From: an uncultured Phycisphaerales bacterium | Lineage (GTDB): Bacteria; Planctomycetota; Phycisphaerae; Tepidisphaerales; Tepidisphaeraceae | Direction: 5' to 3' | NCBI GenBank assembly: GCA_963758525.1 | Contig: CAVWVQ010000003.1 | Coordinates: 2,400,001 to 2,464,000 of the forward strand | DNA length: 64,000 bases | Shown here: positions 10,921-21,037 of the stretch, piece after piece | Layout: each line of letters starts with the position of its first letter | Numbering within the stretch: the first letter of the stretch is position 1 | Notes under the pieces: model-generated | Seen by the model: the letters and a program-made list of their open reading frames with translations, nothing else | Databases searched by the model: none | What the model was told of the DNA's origin: nothing | Position numbers and translations under genes: made by a program

Positions 10921-11249
10921 TGATGCCGTGTCGTTTCGATCCTTCAAACCGTGTCTGTTCGCCAATGCGATTCAACGCAGCCGACATCGCAAGCTCGCGG
11001 AAGTGTCTTGGCCATCTCGAAAAGTTCGCTTCGTCCTTCGCCGTTGAATCGACGAGCGCATTATAACGCCCGCGAGCGTCGCGCCTATCAGATTCGGTTA
11101 AACCGTTCGTCCGTGCTTTTGACTCGTGGCAACACGGTCCCCCGTCGCGTTCCCTGCCGAGCCATCGACCGCAAGAGCGCTTCCGGCCACAATGCATCGG
11201 CGCAGCCAACGCGGGGTGGTGCCTTGAGGGGCAATTCACTCACCTCAGC

Positions 11250-11656
11250 GTGATCGGGAGCTACCGCCGAGCCCAAAAGTATTTGAGTGCAATTACTGAG
11301 ACGCGAACTCCAGCGGGGCTTTTCGAGTTCAGCGGCCGTCGTGGCAATCCGTTGGCGCTGCCATATCTCAAGGGATCGAAGCTTTACATCGCGACGGACG
11401 CATACTTCAAGGGGTAGAGTCGGCGATCTTCGACTTTCATATCGCCGGCTATCAGATATGTCAGGTTTGGGTATCGGCCGGCAATCGGAGTGGTATTCAA
11501 CGGAAGGGGAAGCCGATCACGGCGCAGCACGTTGACGACTTTAGAAACGTGCTGTTTGCCATTCGAGAGACAATCAGAATCCGGCGGGAAATCGATGAGA
11601 CGATCGAAAACCACGGGGGATGGCCGCGCGCGTTTGTGAGGGACGGAAAGGCATGA
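11250..11656 (+). pseudogene. C-terminal remnant of type ISP/IIG restriction-modification enzyme
   Basis: Manual translation, with one G restored at ~11412: KLYIATDAYFKG(V)ESAIFDFHIAGYQICQVWV..RKGKPIT..FRNVLFAIRETIRIRREIDETIENHGGWPRAF. This matches the typical YFxGV..F.IGGYQV..W...RKGR..ETIR...ID....GGWP tail. Not in the ORF track. Confidence 0.75.
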
Positions 11657-11992
11657 CACAGCCAAGCGAGGAGAGCACAGCCCGCTACTTTGTTGACGAG
11701 GCCGACGACCCGACGCTGTTCAGCAGCAAGGGGAGGGTGCTCGTGGGCAGCGACGGATGTACACGCTATTTTCTGCAATTACCTGCTTTGGGCGGTGCAG
11801 CGGTGCTACGAGTACGGGCAGGCCGTGAAGGCTGAGAAGGCCGGTACATCGAGCTCGTCTGGCCAGACGGGCACAGCCATCATCATCGTGCAGGACGGCA
11901 AACGCCTCCGCGTCACAGCAGAAGAACTGCGCCAGCAAGCGTCAGAATCAGTTGGCAGAAGCGCACATCGACCGGATCGTCCAAACGTATAA
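11653..11992 (+). pseudogene. DUF3800-family relic with internal deletion
   Basis: ATGA overlap with the R-M remnant. N-terminal motif RYFVDEADDPTLFSSKGRVLVGSDGCTRYFL is joined out of frame to the C-terminal motif NYLLWAVQRCYE. Confidence 0.65.
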
Positions 11993-12097
11993 GAATCTGC
12001 CGTCAAAGCAGAAGAGACAAGAACCCGATAGCAGATGGTGAACCTGGCGCTCGAAGCCCCTCGCGGGCGGTTGCCGATCTTGGGTAGACTGGGTTGG

Positions 12098-15000
12098 ATG
12101 GAGCCAACGCCGGATCAGCTTCAGCCGATTCAGGAATTCTATGACCAGGGTCTGATGCTGCGGGCACACGCGGCAGCGCAAACCATCGGGCGCGTGCAGG
12201 AATGGCGAGGAGTCCAGGGGCGCGTGCTGGGGGGGCGGCTGGCGATGAACCTGGGCGCGCCGCGTCTGGGCCGCGTGCTGCACATGCTCGCGTGGCGCGA
12301 GCATCCGCAAGATCCAGCCGCGCAATATTATTATGCCCGGGCGATTTATGAGCGGCGGGGTCCGTTGCCGGCGTGGGAGTTCCTGCTCAAGCAGGGCGAA
12401 CTGCCGCAGGCCGAGCCGGCGCAGCGGGCCGACTGGCTTTCGCTGCATGCACAGATCGCGGGGTTTCTGCGCGATTTTCAGACTGCCGAGCAGTGGCTCG
12501 CCCGCGCCGAGGCGGCCGATCCAAATCATGTCTGGGTTTTCATGGAGCGGTCGGATCTGCTCGAACGGCAGGATCGTTACCAGGACGCTCTGGCGGTCGC
12601 GCGCAACGCGCTTGCCCTGCGGCCCTGGTACCGCCCGGCGGTGCAGCAGGCGGCCAATCTGCTCCAGATGCTCGATCGCGACAGCGACGCGCTGGAACTG
12701 CTTCGCGATGCGTCGACGCACATCGAAAGCGCTCCTGTGGTCATCCAGCTTGCGGCTTTGGAGACGGAACTGCATCTCTATGACGAGGCCCGCAAAAACT
12801 GGGAGCGAGCCGTCGAGCTCTCTGCGCTGCTGGAGAAGGGGCTTGCCAAGTGGCTTGCGGGCCGCAGATCCGACGCGGCCTACTACTGCGGAGATTTTGA
12901 GCAGGCCGCGGCGCTGGCGAAAGAAGCGGGCAACCCGTTTCATGAAAAGATCGCCGAGAAATTGCTCGAAACCAAAGGCCAGGGTCGGCGGGTGGCGCTG
13001 CCGGTGGGGTTCGTCCGCCAGCATCACATGACCTGCGCCCGGCAACGCTCTCCGCGCTGAGCCGGTTCTGGTCGATCGAGGCGGATCATCTGGCGCTGGC
13101 TGAGGCGATCTGCTACGACGGAACTCCGGCGCACAGCGAGCGCCACTGGGCGGAGATGAACGGCTTTGTCGCGCGCGAATTTACCGTCAACTGGGATTCG
13201 GCCAAGGCGCTGATCGACGCGAACATTCCCTTCACCTTCACCACCACGCACGCGACCAGCAGCCATCTGCAGGCCGTGACCGGCTACGACAGCCTTCGCG
13301 GCACGCTGCTCATCCGCGACCCGTTTCAGCGATATTCCGGGGAGTTCGTCGGCGACATCACGTTCGACGTGTTCCGTTCGACGGGTCCCCGCGGGATGGC
13401 GATGCTGCCGCGCGACCGGGCGGCGCAGCTCGAGGCGATCGCGCTGCCGGATCAGGCGTCGTATGACGGGCTCTATGAAGTGCAGCGGGCGCTGGTGGCG
13501 CACGATCGCGCCCGCGCGGCGGCCGCTTGCGAGGCGATGGTGCAATCCGAACCGAACCATCGGCTGACGCTCTGGGCTCGCCGCTCCCTTTCTTCGTACG
13601 ACAGCGACACGTCGCAATCGCTCGTCTGGATCGACGAGCTCCTCAAGCTGTTTCCAACGGATCCCGGACTGCGCCTCGGCAAGCTTTCGTGTCTGCGGGT
13701 GGTGGGCCGTCGGGCGGATCGCCTGCAGTTGCTCGACGCGATCTGCAATGAGAAGCAGGTCGATCCGATCTTCTGGGAGCAATACGCCCGCGAGTTGAAT
13801 GACGACGCCCGCGAACTGCCGCGAGCCCAGCGGTTGCTTCGCCGCGCCCTGCGGTATCGGCGCCGCGAGGCCTCGATCTATCACGCGCTGGGCAACCTGC
13901 GGTGGGAACAACGCCGTTTCGATGAGGCGCTGCAACTGTATCGCTTCGCCTCCTGCATCGACGACAAGGACGAGCGGCTGGCACGCACGTGGTTCATCGC
14001 GTCGCGGCACCTCAAGCAGACGGACATCGTGCTCGCGCAGATGCGCGACCGCTTTCGTCGGTTCGGCCGGCAGTCCAGCCAGCCGGCGCGCACGCTCTTC
14101 TGGGCCTGCGAGCAGATCAATCAGCCGGACGAGGGATACCGTTTGCTGGATGAGGCAATGGCGCTGCGTCCGGACGATGGAGAGCTGCTGGCTTTTGCGG
14201 CGTCGCAACATGCACGACACGGGAAGGTGGATCGCGCGCTCGAGCTTCTCGCGGCCGCCAAGGGCAAGGCGCGGGAGGCAACCTGGCTGCGCACCGCGGC
14301 GGGAATCGCGGCGATTCGCGGGGAAGCGCGCCAAGCTCTGGAGCTCTGGCGGCAAATCGTCTCCGCCGAACCGCTCGCGCTCGACGCCCACCGGCAAATT
14401 GCGATGCTCCTTGCCGAGACCGAGGGGCGGGCGGCGGCGCTGACGCACCTGCGCGCGTTTGCCGCGCGTTTTGAGCACAATTACGCGATGCAGCAACTGC
14501 TGATCGAGTGGCTGCGCGAGGAGGGCGCGGCGGCGGTCGAGCCGGCGGTGCGCAAGCTGATGGAGATTCATTCCGCCGACGCGTGGGCGCGGCGCGAGCT
14601 TGTCGGGCCGCTGCTGAGCCTCGGGCGGTTTGACGAAGCTGCCGCCGAGGCCGAAGAAGCGCTTCGGCTCGATCCCGCCGACCCGGGCTCGCATTATTTT
14701 CACGGACTCGTGCTGGCGCGAACCGGCCGGCTTCCCGAAGCGCGATCGGCATTTCGCCAGGCGATCTCACTTTCGGTGGACGCTGATTACGCCATTTCGC
14801 ATCTCATGTCGTCCTGCGACACACTCGCGCAGCGCAAGGAAGAGCTGGCGTTCCTGAAGCAGGAGCTGCAGCGGCAGACCATTTTTGGCGACGGGCTGCT
14901 GGCCTACCGGAATCATGCCCGCGACACGCTCGATGCCGAGGAGCTTCTCGCATCGCTCCGCGAGGCGTTGGCAGCCCGACCTGATCTGTGGCACGCCTGG

Positions 15001-17081
15001 TCGGCGTTGATCCGTCAGCTGGCGGACATGCGGCAGTCGGAAGAGGCGCACGACATCGCTTTGAAAGCGACCGCACGGTTCCCGCTGTTGCCGCGGCTGT
15101 GGCTCGATCTGGCGGCCGTTTGCAGGGTACGCAACGATCGCGAGGGGGAGATCGCCGCGCTCGGCGAGGCGCTGGAGATCAATCCCGCCTGGGGCGACGC
15201 CGTGCGGCAATTGGCCGATGTGTACGACCGTGCGGGGGAGACCGCCCGCAGTTGCGAATTGCTCGAGCAGGCGACGGTGCGATCTCCGCTGGACTCGACG
15301 ACGCAGGGGCGCTGGCGTCGATGTTGTGGAAGCTGAACCGGCGCGAGGAGGCATTGGAGCGGGCCGCGCGCGCGGTTCGGCAGGACCCGGGCCTGCAATG
15401 GGTTTGGAATGCCATCAGTCGCTGGGCGGCGGAGCTGAAGAAGCCGAACTATGCGATCGATCTGGCGCGGGAGCTGACCGTGAGCCGCGCCGGCGAGGCG
15501 CGATCATGGCTGGTGCTGGCGGGGATGCTCTCGGAGAAGGCGCAGGTTGACGAACGGCTTGCCGCGCTCGACCGCGCCGTCGCGCTCAATCCCCGGCTCA
15601 TTGAAGCGCACGATCAGCGGGCGTGGGTGTTGCACGACGCGCAGCGGAATGAAGAGGCATTGGCTGCGTGCCGGCCGGCAATCTGGGGCGAGACGCCTCC
15701 GATCCGACTGCGCGGACGCGCCGCGTGGATCGCCGCCGAAACCGGCGACATTACCGGCGCCATCACGGCGATGCGCCAGGTGGTCGCCGAGGATCCGCAC
15801 TATTACTGGGGATGGTCTCGTCTGGCGACCTGGTACCGCCAGACCCGCGATTACACGCAGTTTCTCTCGACCGCGCAGACGCTCGTCAGCCAGTGGCCTC
15901 TCGACGCGGTATCGCGCGGATTTCTCGGCCAAGCGCTGCGCTTCACCAAAGACCCCAAGGGCGCCAAAGAGGCCTTTGCCGACGCGCTGCGGCTCGATCC
16001 TGACAACGAATACGCGGCGACATCATTGTTCGACATGGCGATCGACGACGAAGACGTCGCCGAGGCCGCGAAGGCGCTGACGTTTGTTCAGCGGCACGGT
16101 CGCGATGCCGCCACGATTGCGCGCGAATGCCGGCTCGCGACCGCGCGGCGCGATCATCCCGCCGCCCTCAATCTGTTTAGCGAGCTATGCCGCCATGAGC
16201 GGGCAGATCGCGGCCTGCTCGACTGGGTGATCAAACCGCTTGCCCCAATGGCCGGGGAGGGGACGGTCAACCGCACGTTGCGTGCCTTGGCGACCGAACC
16301 GCAAACCCGCCGGGCGGCGGTCGCCCGCCTGCTGATCGATCGGCTGGTTAAAGCCAAACATTTTCGTGAAGGGGAATTGCTTGTGGAAGAGCTTGTTGCG
16401 GTCGGCGGTGACTTCGCTCACGAAGCCGCGCAAGCCTGGCTCAGCGGTCTTGGCACCAGTGTGAATGAAACGCTGCTGAAGCGTTTCGTGCATAAGCACC
16501 GGAAATTCCTTCGCGAAAATGACGTCGATTGGGGCACCGCCGGGTACGCGATGCATTGCGCCCACCGCCATCGCCAGGTGATTTCCTGGATGGCCGACTG
16601 GAAAGAGCGAAAGGGAACGGCCGCGTGGATGCTGGTGAATCTGGCCCAGTCTTATCGGGCACTGAAAGAGGATGCCGAATCGCACGCGATTCATGTTTTT
16701 GCCGAGGCGCTGCCTGCTCCCGGGTTCGAGCAGCCGCGTTCGATTCACCGCCTCTGGCTCGCCGCCGACGCGGCGCGCGACGGGCACCATGACTCTGCCG
16801 CGGCACTATTGGCAAAAGTAAAGATGGACTCGTTGCATCGCGATTACCAATTCTTGCGCAAGGTTGTGGACGCGATGATGATCGCTCTGCGCCCGCCGGC
16901 CCCCGGCAGCTTTGCATCCATCCGGCAAACGCTTGCTGCCGCGCGAAAGATCCATCCGAAATTCGGCAAGGACCGGGAACTGAAGCGCATTTACCTCCAG
17001 GCGCTGAGGACCATTTCCCCGCGCGGCGGCGGATTTGGGGCGCGGTGGTGGTGCTTCTGGCACCGCGTGAGTGTGCAGTAG
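12098..17081 (+). CDS. Large TPR-repeat protein with embedded C39-like cysteine peptidase domain (~1660 aa; frameshifts at ~13039 and ~15308)
   Basis: Restoring one C and one G in homopolymers joins three ORFs. VRQHHMTCAPATLSALSRFW..SHLQAVTGYD..LLIRDP gives the Q-C-H-D papain-fold motifs, flanked by many TPRs. Confidence 0.82.
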
Positions 17082-17180
17082 CACCGGCGGTCGCTACAAT
17101 TGCCGCACGTTGCCTGCGGGCGTCGCAGCACGCCGTCACGAGTTGCACCTGTCACATTGGTGAAGAGCGGAGTCAAGGTT

Positions 17181-17804
17181 ATGAAACGTATGATCGAAGC
17201 ACTGGAATCGCGGACTCTGCTCTCGGGCACAACGTCCGCGACGCTGGCTGGTGACAATTCGCTGATCATCTCGGATGCCGCCGCCGTCAAAGGCGCGATG
17301 AACGAATTGTTCGCCGTGGACCTGGCGAACGACAAGACGATTGCGACTGATCTGGCAAGTGGTCACGCGGCCGGCACCAGCGGAATCGTAGCGTCGATCA
17401 AGGCCGCTCAGACCAAAGCCAAGGCCGCGTTCATGAAGGATATCAACGGCCTGGTCAATCCAGGGCTGGCGCTTGCCAAAAGATCCGGGACCGCCGGCAA
17501 TTCGCTGCTGCTCAGATCGACCAAGCCGAAGATCGCCATGGTTGCGATCGATGCATCCGCCCTTGGAAAAGTTGCGATCAAACCGCTGGCCAAAATCCAG
17601 GCGCAACTGGCCAACACGAAGATCTTCACGGATCTGGAGGCGTTGCGGACTCTCAACTCCGGCAACACGACGGTCTCCGCCGCCATCACCGTGGCGGAGC
17701 AGGGCGAGGATGCTCAGGCAGCCAACGTCACCGCCGCCGCCATGAAATTCCAGACCGACTTAAACACGCTCAGCACGCATTTGGTGAATATCTTCTCGGG
17801 TTGA
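17181..17804 (+). CDS. Secreted alanine-rich helical protein with planctomycete LEPRxLL-type signal
   Basis: N-terminus MKRMIEALESRTLLS, with GGAG upstream. Confidence 0.75.
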   Translation: MKRMIEALESRTLLSGTTSATLAGDNSLIISDAAAVKGAMNELFAVDLANDKTIATDLASGHAAGTSGIVASIKAAQTKAKAAFMKDINGLVNPGLALAKRSGTAGNSLLLRSTKPKIAMVAIDASALGKVAIKPLAKIQAQLANTKIFTDLEALRTLNSGNTTVSAAITVAEQGEDAQAANVTAAAMKFQTDLNTLSTHLVNIFSG

Positions 17805-17830
17805 TCCGCGAGCGACGGCCCTGCTGAACG

Positions 17831-17856
17831 CGCCTCGCGAGCGAGGCGGCTAAAGG
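17831..17856. repeat. Single REP-like palindrome (CGCCTCGCGAGCGAGGCGGCTAAAGG)
   Basis: Same unit as the doublet at 39982-40092. Confidence 0.7.
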
Positions 17857-17981
17857 CATAAGGCCGCTCTGCTGACACAAGGACATTCGGGATCCGATAA
17901 CGTGGGAAAATCTTCCCGGGACCTATCTTCGGCTGGTTCCGGGACGATATTCGTTGGGTGAACTGCGGTCCGTTGACAGCG

Positions 17982-19229
17982 ATGAAGTTGATCCGCCAGG
18001 CGGCGGCCTCCAGTTATTGGTCGCCGGAGAAGCTCCACGCGCATCAGGAGCATTTTCTGCGGCTGCTGCTGGAGCACGCGTATGCGAATGTGCCGCTGTA
18101 CCGCCGGATCTACGACGAGGCGGGGTTTCGGCCCGATCACTTCCGGTCGCTGGACGACCTGGGAAAAATCCCCCGGCTCCACAAGGCGATGTTGAAAGCC
18201 GCGCCTCGTCAGGACGTTGTGGCGCGCGGCATCGACTTCTCTCAATGCACGATCGTCTGCACCAGCGGCTCAACCGGGATCCCGCTGAAGATGTATCTGG
18301 GCGCTTTCGAGATGCAGTGGCAGCGGGCAGTCGCGTGGCGGATTCTCTTCGAGCATGGTTACCGCCTGACCGACCGGACGCTGGAAATCCGCATGACGCC
18401 CGGGCCAACCCACTGGCTGCAAAATCTGGGTATCGCCCGAAAAGACTGGCTGTCAATCCTCGATCCGCCGATCTCTTGGGCGCGGCGGCTCGCGAAACGC
18501 AATCACCAGATCGTCATCGCCTCGGCGACAACGCTAGGCGCGCTTGCGGAAGCGGTCGAATCGGCTGGCCTGAAGATCAATCCGCCGCGGCTGATCATTT
18601 CCGACAGCGAAACGCTTGCGCCCAAACGCGGGCGCTGATTACGCGCGTATTGGGGACAGGGCCAGTAGACGTGTTCGGGTTGGTCGAGGTGTCAAACTTC
18701 GCGTGGGAATGCGAAGCGAGGAACGGCTTTCACATCAGCGCCGACAGCCATCTGGTTGAAGTTGATGCCGCGCCCGGCGAGATCGGACCGATGATCGTCA
18801 CCGACCTGCGGATGCGCACCATGCCGATCATCCGGTATGACTGCGGGGACATGGCCGAGGCTTCACCTGGCGATCAGAGATGTTGTTGCGGGCGAACGCT
18901 TCCGCTGCTCCCGCGGATTTTCGGGCGGGCGATCGACTCAGTCTTGCTCCCCGACAGCCGACGGCTCTTCTGGCCGTTCTTCCACGAAATTCTCGGCGCA
19001 GGATGAGCTGTTGCAGTGGCGTGTCACTCAGACCACGCCTCGGCGGATTTGCCTCCAGTTGTCACTGTTGAACGACGATCTGGCGCGATGTGAGCGTATT
19101 GCTGAAGAGGTTCGCAGGCAGTTGCCGCGGGATTTGGAGCTGGTGACCGAGCAAGTTGAGCGGTTCGAGTATGTACCGAATGAAAAAGTTCGGCAGGTGA
19201 TCTCGCTGGTCAAGCCGGGTGTGCATTAA
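17982..19229 (+). CDS. Phenylacetate-CoA ligase (PaaK/CapK)-like adenylate-forming enzyme, frameshifts near 18625 and 19000
   Basis: HAYANVPLYRRIY, CTSGSTGIP, VFGLVEV, IVTDLRMRTMPIIRYDCGD, C.CGRTLP..GR. Confidence 0.82.
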
Positions 19230-19342
19230 TGAGGGCGTGCGCCAGGCGACACGCGGAGATGAGCGGTCTTTAGCACTGTTGCGGCTCGGTCATCCGTTTA
19301 CTTCTCTTCGCGCGGTTAAAACCCGGGCGCGCGAACGCCCAA

Positions 19343-19460
19343 CTCCCTCTCGCGGTACGCCGGTAGAGGGTCAGGGTGAGGGTGATTTCAAACGTCAGGC
19401 GCCGCTGGTCCTCGAAATCACCCTCACCCCAACCCTCTCCCAGAGTACTGGGAGAGGGAG
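19343..19460. repeat. REP doublet (CCCTCTCCCnGnGTACnGGGAGAGGG family)
   Basis: Inverted arms ..GGGTGAGGGTGATTTC / GAAATCACCCTCACCC.., each with an internal hairpin. Second copy at 46341-46469. Confidence 0.85.
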
Positions 19461-19514
19461 TGATGAAACGGGCTGCGAACAGGATCCGAAATCGTCCGTG
19501 AGGGCGGAGTTGCA

Positions 19515-20906
19515 ATGAACAAAGTCATCGATCTTGAAATCTCGGACAGAACGACAGTTTGCAAAGCGCGCGTTGAGGAACGGCGATCCGGATCGCATGG
19601 CTCCTCCGCGCCTTCCCTCGTTACCGAGACGCTTGCGACCGCAACCCTTGTCCGTCGCCTGCGCCGGGCGATGCGAGATGATGCGTCACGTGTGTCGGCG
19701 GATCGCGATCGGCTTCTCCGCGAGATGGTTCGTCACGCCTGGGAGCGCGTGCCATTTTATCGCGAGCACTGGAGCGGCGGCGGATTCGATCCGGGGGAGT
19801 TCCGCGGGGAGAGCGACCTGCATCGCATCCCGTTGGCGCGTCCCGCTCAGATCAAAGCGGCGCTGGCCGCGGGGCGGCTGCTGCCTGAAGGGGTGCGGCC
19901 CGAGGACTGCGGATTTCTGGAATCGAGCGGGTCATCATCCGGCGTTCCGTCACGCTACTATCGCGGCGTCAGCGAAGAGCGCATCCGCCGCGCCGTCGGG
20001 CTTCACATTTGGCGCGAGCACGGCTTCGGCTGGCGACACTCCACTGCGCAATTTCAAATCAAGCCCGGCAGCCAGCACGTTCTTCAGCGGCTTGGCATCG
20101 CCCCGAAAACGTGGATTGGATCGACCTTGCCGACCTCTGAGCAGCTCGAATTGTTCCTCAGCGCAGGTGCTGATGTTGTGGCCGGCACGGCAACCGCGCT
20201 GCGGCGCATCAGCCGGGCGATCGAATCGTCGGTACGCAAACCAATGAAAGCGCCCCGCCTGGTGATTTGCGCCGGCGAACTCGCCGACGAAACCACCCGC
20301 CGGCTCGTGCGTCGAACGCTCGGCGCGGAAATCGTTGCGCTCTATGGGATGACGGAGGTCGGTTATGTCGCCTTCCAGTGTGAGCTGCGCAGATCGATGC
20401 ACGTGAATCCGCTTTCGCACATCGTCGAAATCAATCGAAACGGCCGCCACGTTGCCGGCGGAGAGATCGGAGAATTGGTCATCACCGATCTTCATTCGCG
20501 GACCACGCCGTTGATCCGCTACGCCAATGGCGATCTCGCGACTGCCTCTTCCTGCGCGTGTCCCTGCGGACGTTCGTGGCCGCCGATCGCGGCAGTGGAG
20601 GGCCGCGCGTCTGGTTGCATCACTTTGCCCGACGGGCGCGTGCTGACGACTCGCCAGATCGTCGATCACATGGCTGACGCCGCCGACATCGGGCTGTATC
20701 GCATCCGCCAGCACGCGATCGACAAGTTCACCATCGAATTCTTCGACGAGCTTACTGAGGCCCGCCGCACGGCACTGGTCTCCCGCCTGGGCGAGATCAC
20801 CGGCCGGGCGGATATTGTCGTTCGATCCGCTGCCGCGCCGTCGACCGATGGGACGGGCAAGACGCAGTCGGTCGTCTCCGAAGTTCCGCCGGTCATCCAG
20901 GCGTGA
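19515..20906 (+). CDS. Second PaaK/CapK-like adenylate-forming enzyme
   Basis: HAWERVPFYRE, ESSGSSSG, YGMTEVG, LVITDLHSRTTPLIRYANGD, CPCGR..EGR. Start codon uncertain. Confidence 0.85.
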   Translation: MNKVIDLEISDRTTVCKARVEERRSGSHGSSAPSLVTETLATATLVRRLRRAMRDDASRVSADRDRLLREMVRHAWERVPFYREHWSGGGFDPGEFRGESDLHRIPLARPAQIKAALAAGRLLPEGVRPEDCGFLESSGSSSGVPSRYYRGVSEERIRRAVGLHIWREHGFGWRHSTAQFQIKPGSQHVLQRLGIAPKTWIGSTLPTSEQLELFLSAGADVVAGTATALRRISRAIESSVRKPMKAPRLVICAGELADETTRRLVRRTLGAEIVALYGMTEVGYVAFQCELRRSMHVNPLSHIVEINRNGRHVAGGEIGELVITDLHSRTTPLIRYANGDLATASSCACPCGRSWPPIAAVEGRASGCITLPDGRVLTTRQIVDHMADAADIGLYRIRQHAIDKFTIEFFDELTEARRTALVSRLGEITGRADIVVRSAAAPSTDGTGKTQSVVSEVPPVIQA

Positions 20907-21037
20907 GGTCCCGCGATAGCTTTCTTGAGCGAGTTGTGAGCAGGTGGCGTATTGCCGTTTTCTGCCGTAAAATTGGGTGCTGGACGGGCAGACGGTTCGT
21001 CGATCGCCGGTTCCGGGGGCCGTCGATACTCCCGCTT

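Noticed and set aside
8695..10965. Apparent 756-aa GH88-SDR fusion ORF
   Set aside because: Artefact of a frameshift near 9725. The true hydrolase C-terminus is in another frame ending at 9513, and the SDR has its own start at 9489.
13024..14703. Long antisense/alternate-frame ORFs (e.g. 13024-14703, 3552-4877, 6588-7925, 24160-25383, 31040-32248)
   Set aside because: Shadow ORFs expected from high-GC codon bias opposite well-supported genes, with no recognisable motifs.
12098..20906. C39 peptidase + small secreted protein + ligases as a RiPP/bacteriocin cluster
   Set aside because: No double-glycine precursor, ABC exporter or recognisable modification enzyme. The genes are separated by REP hairpins.
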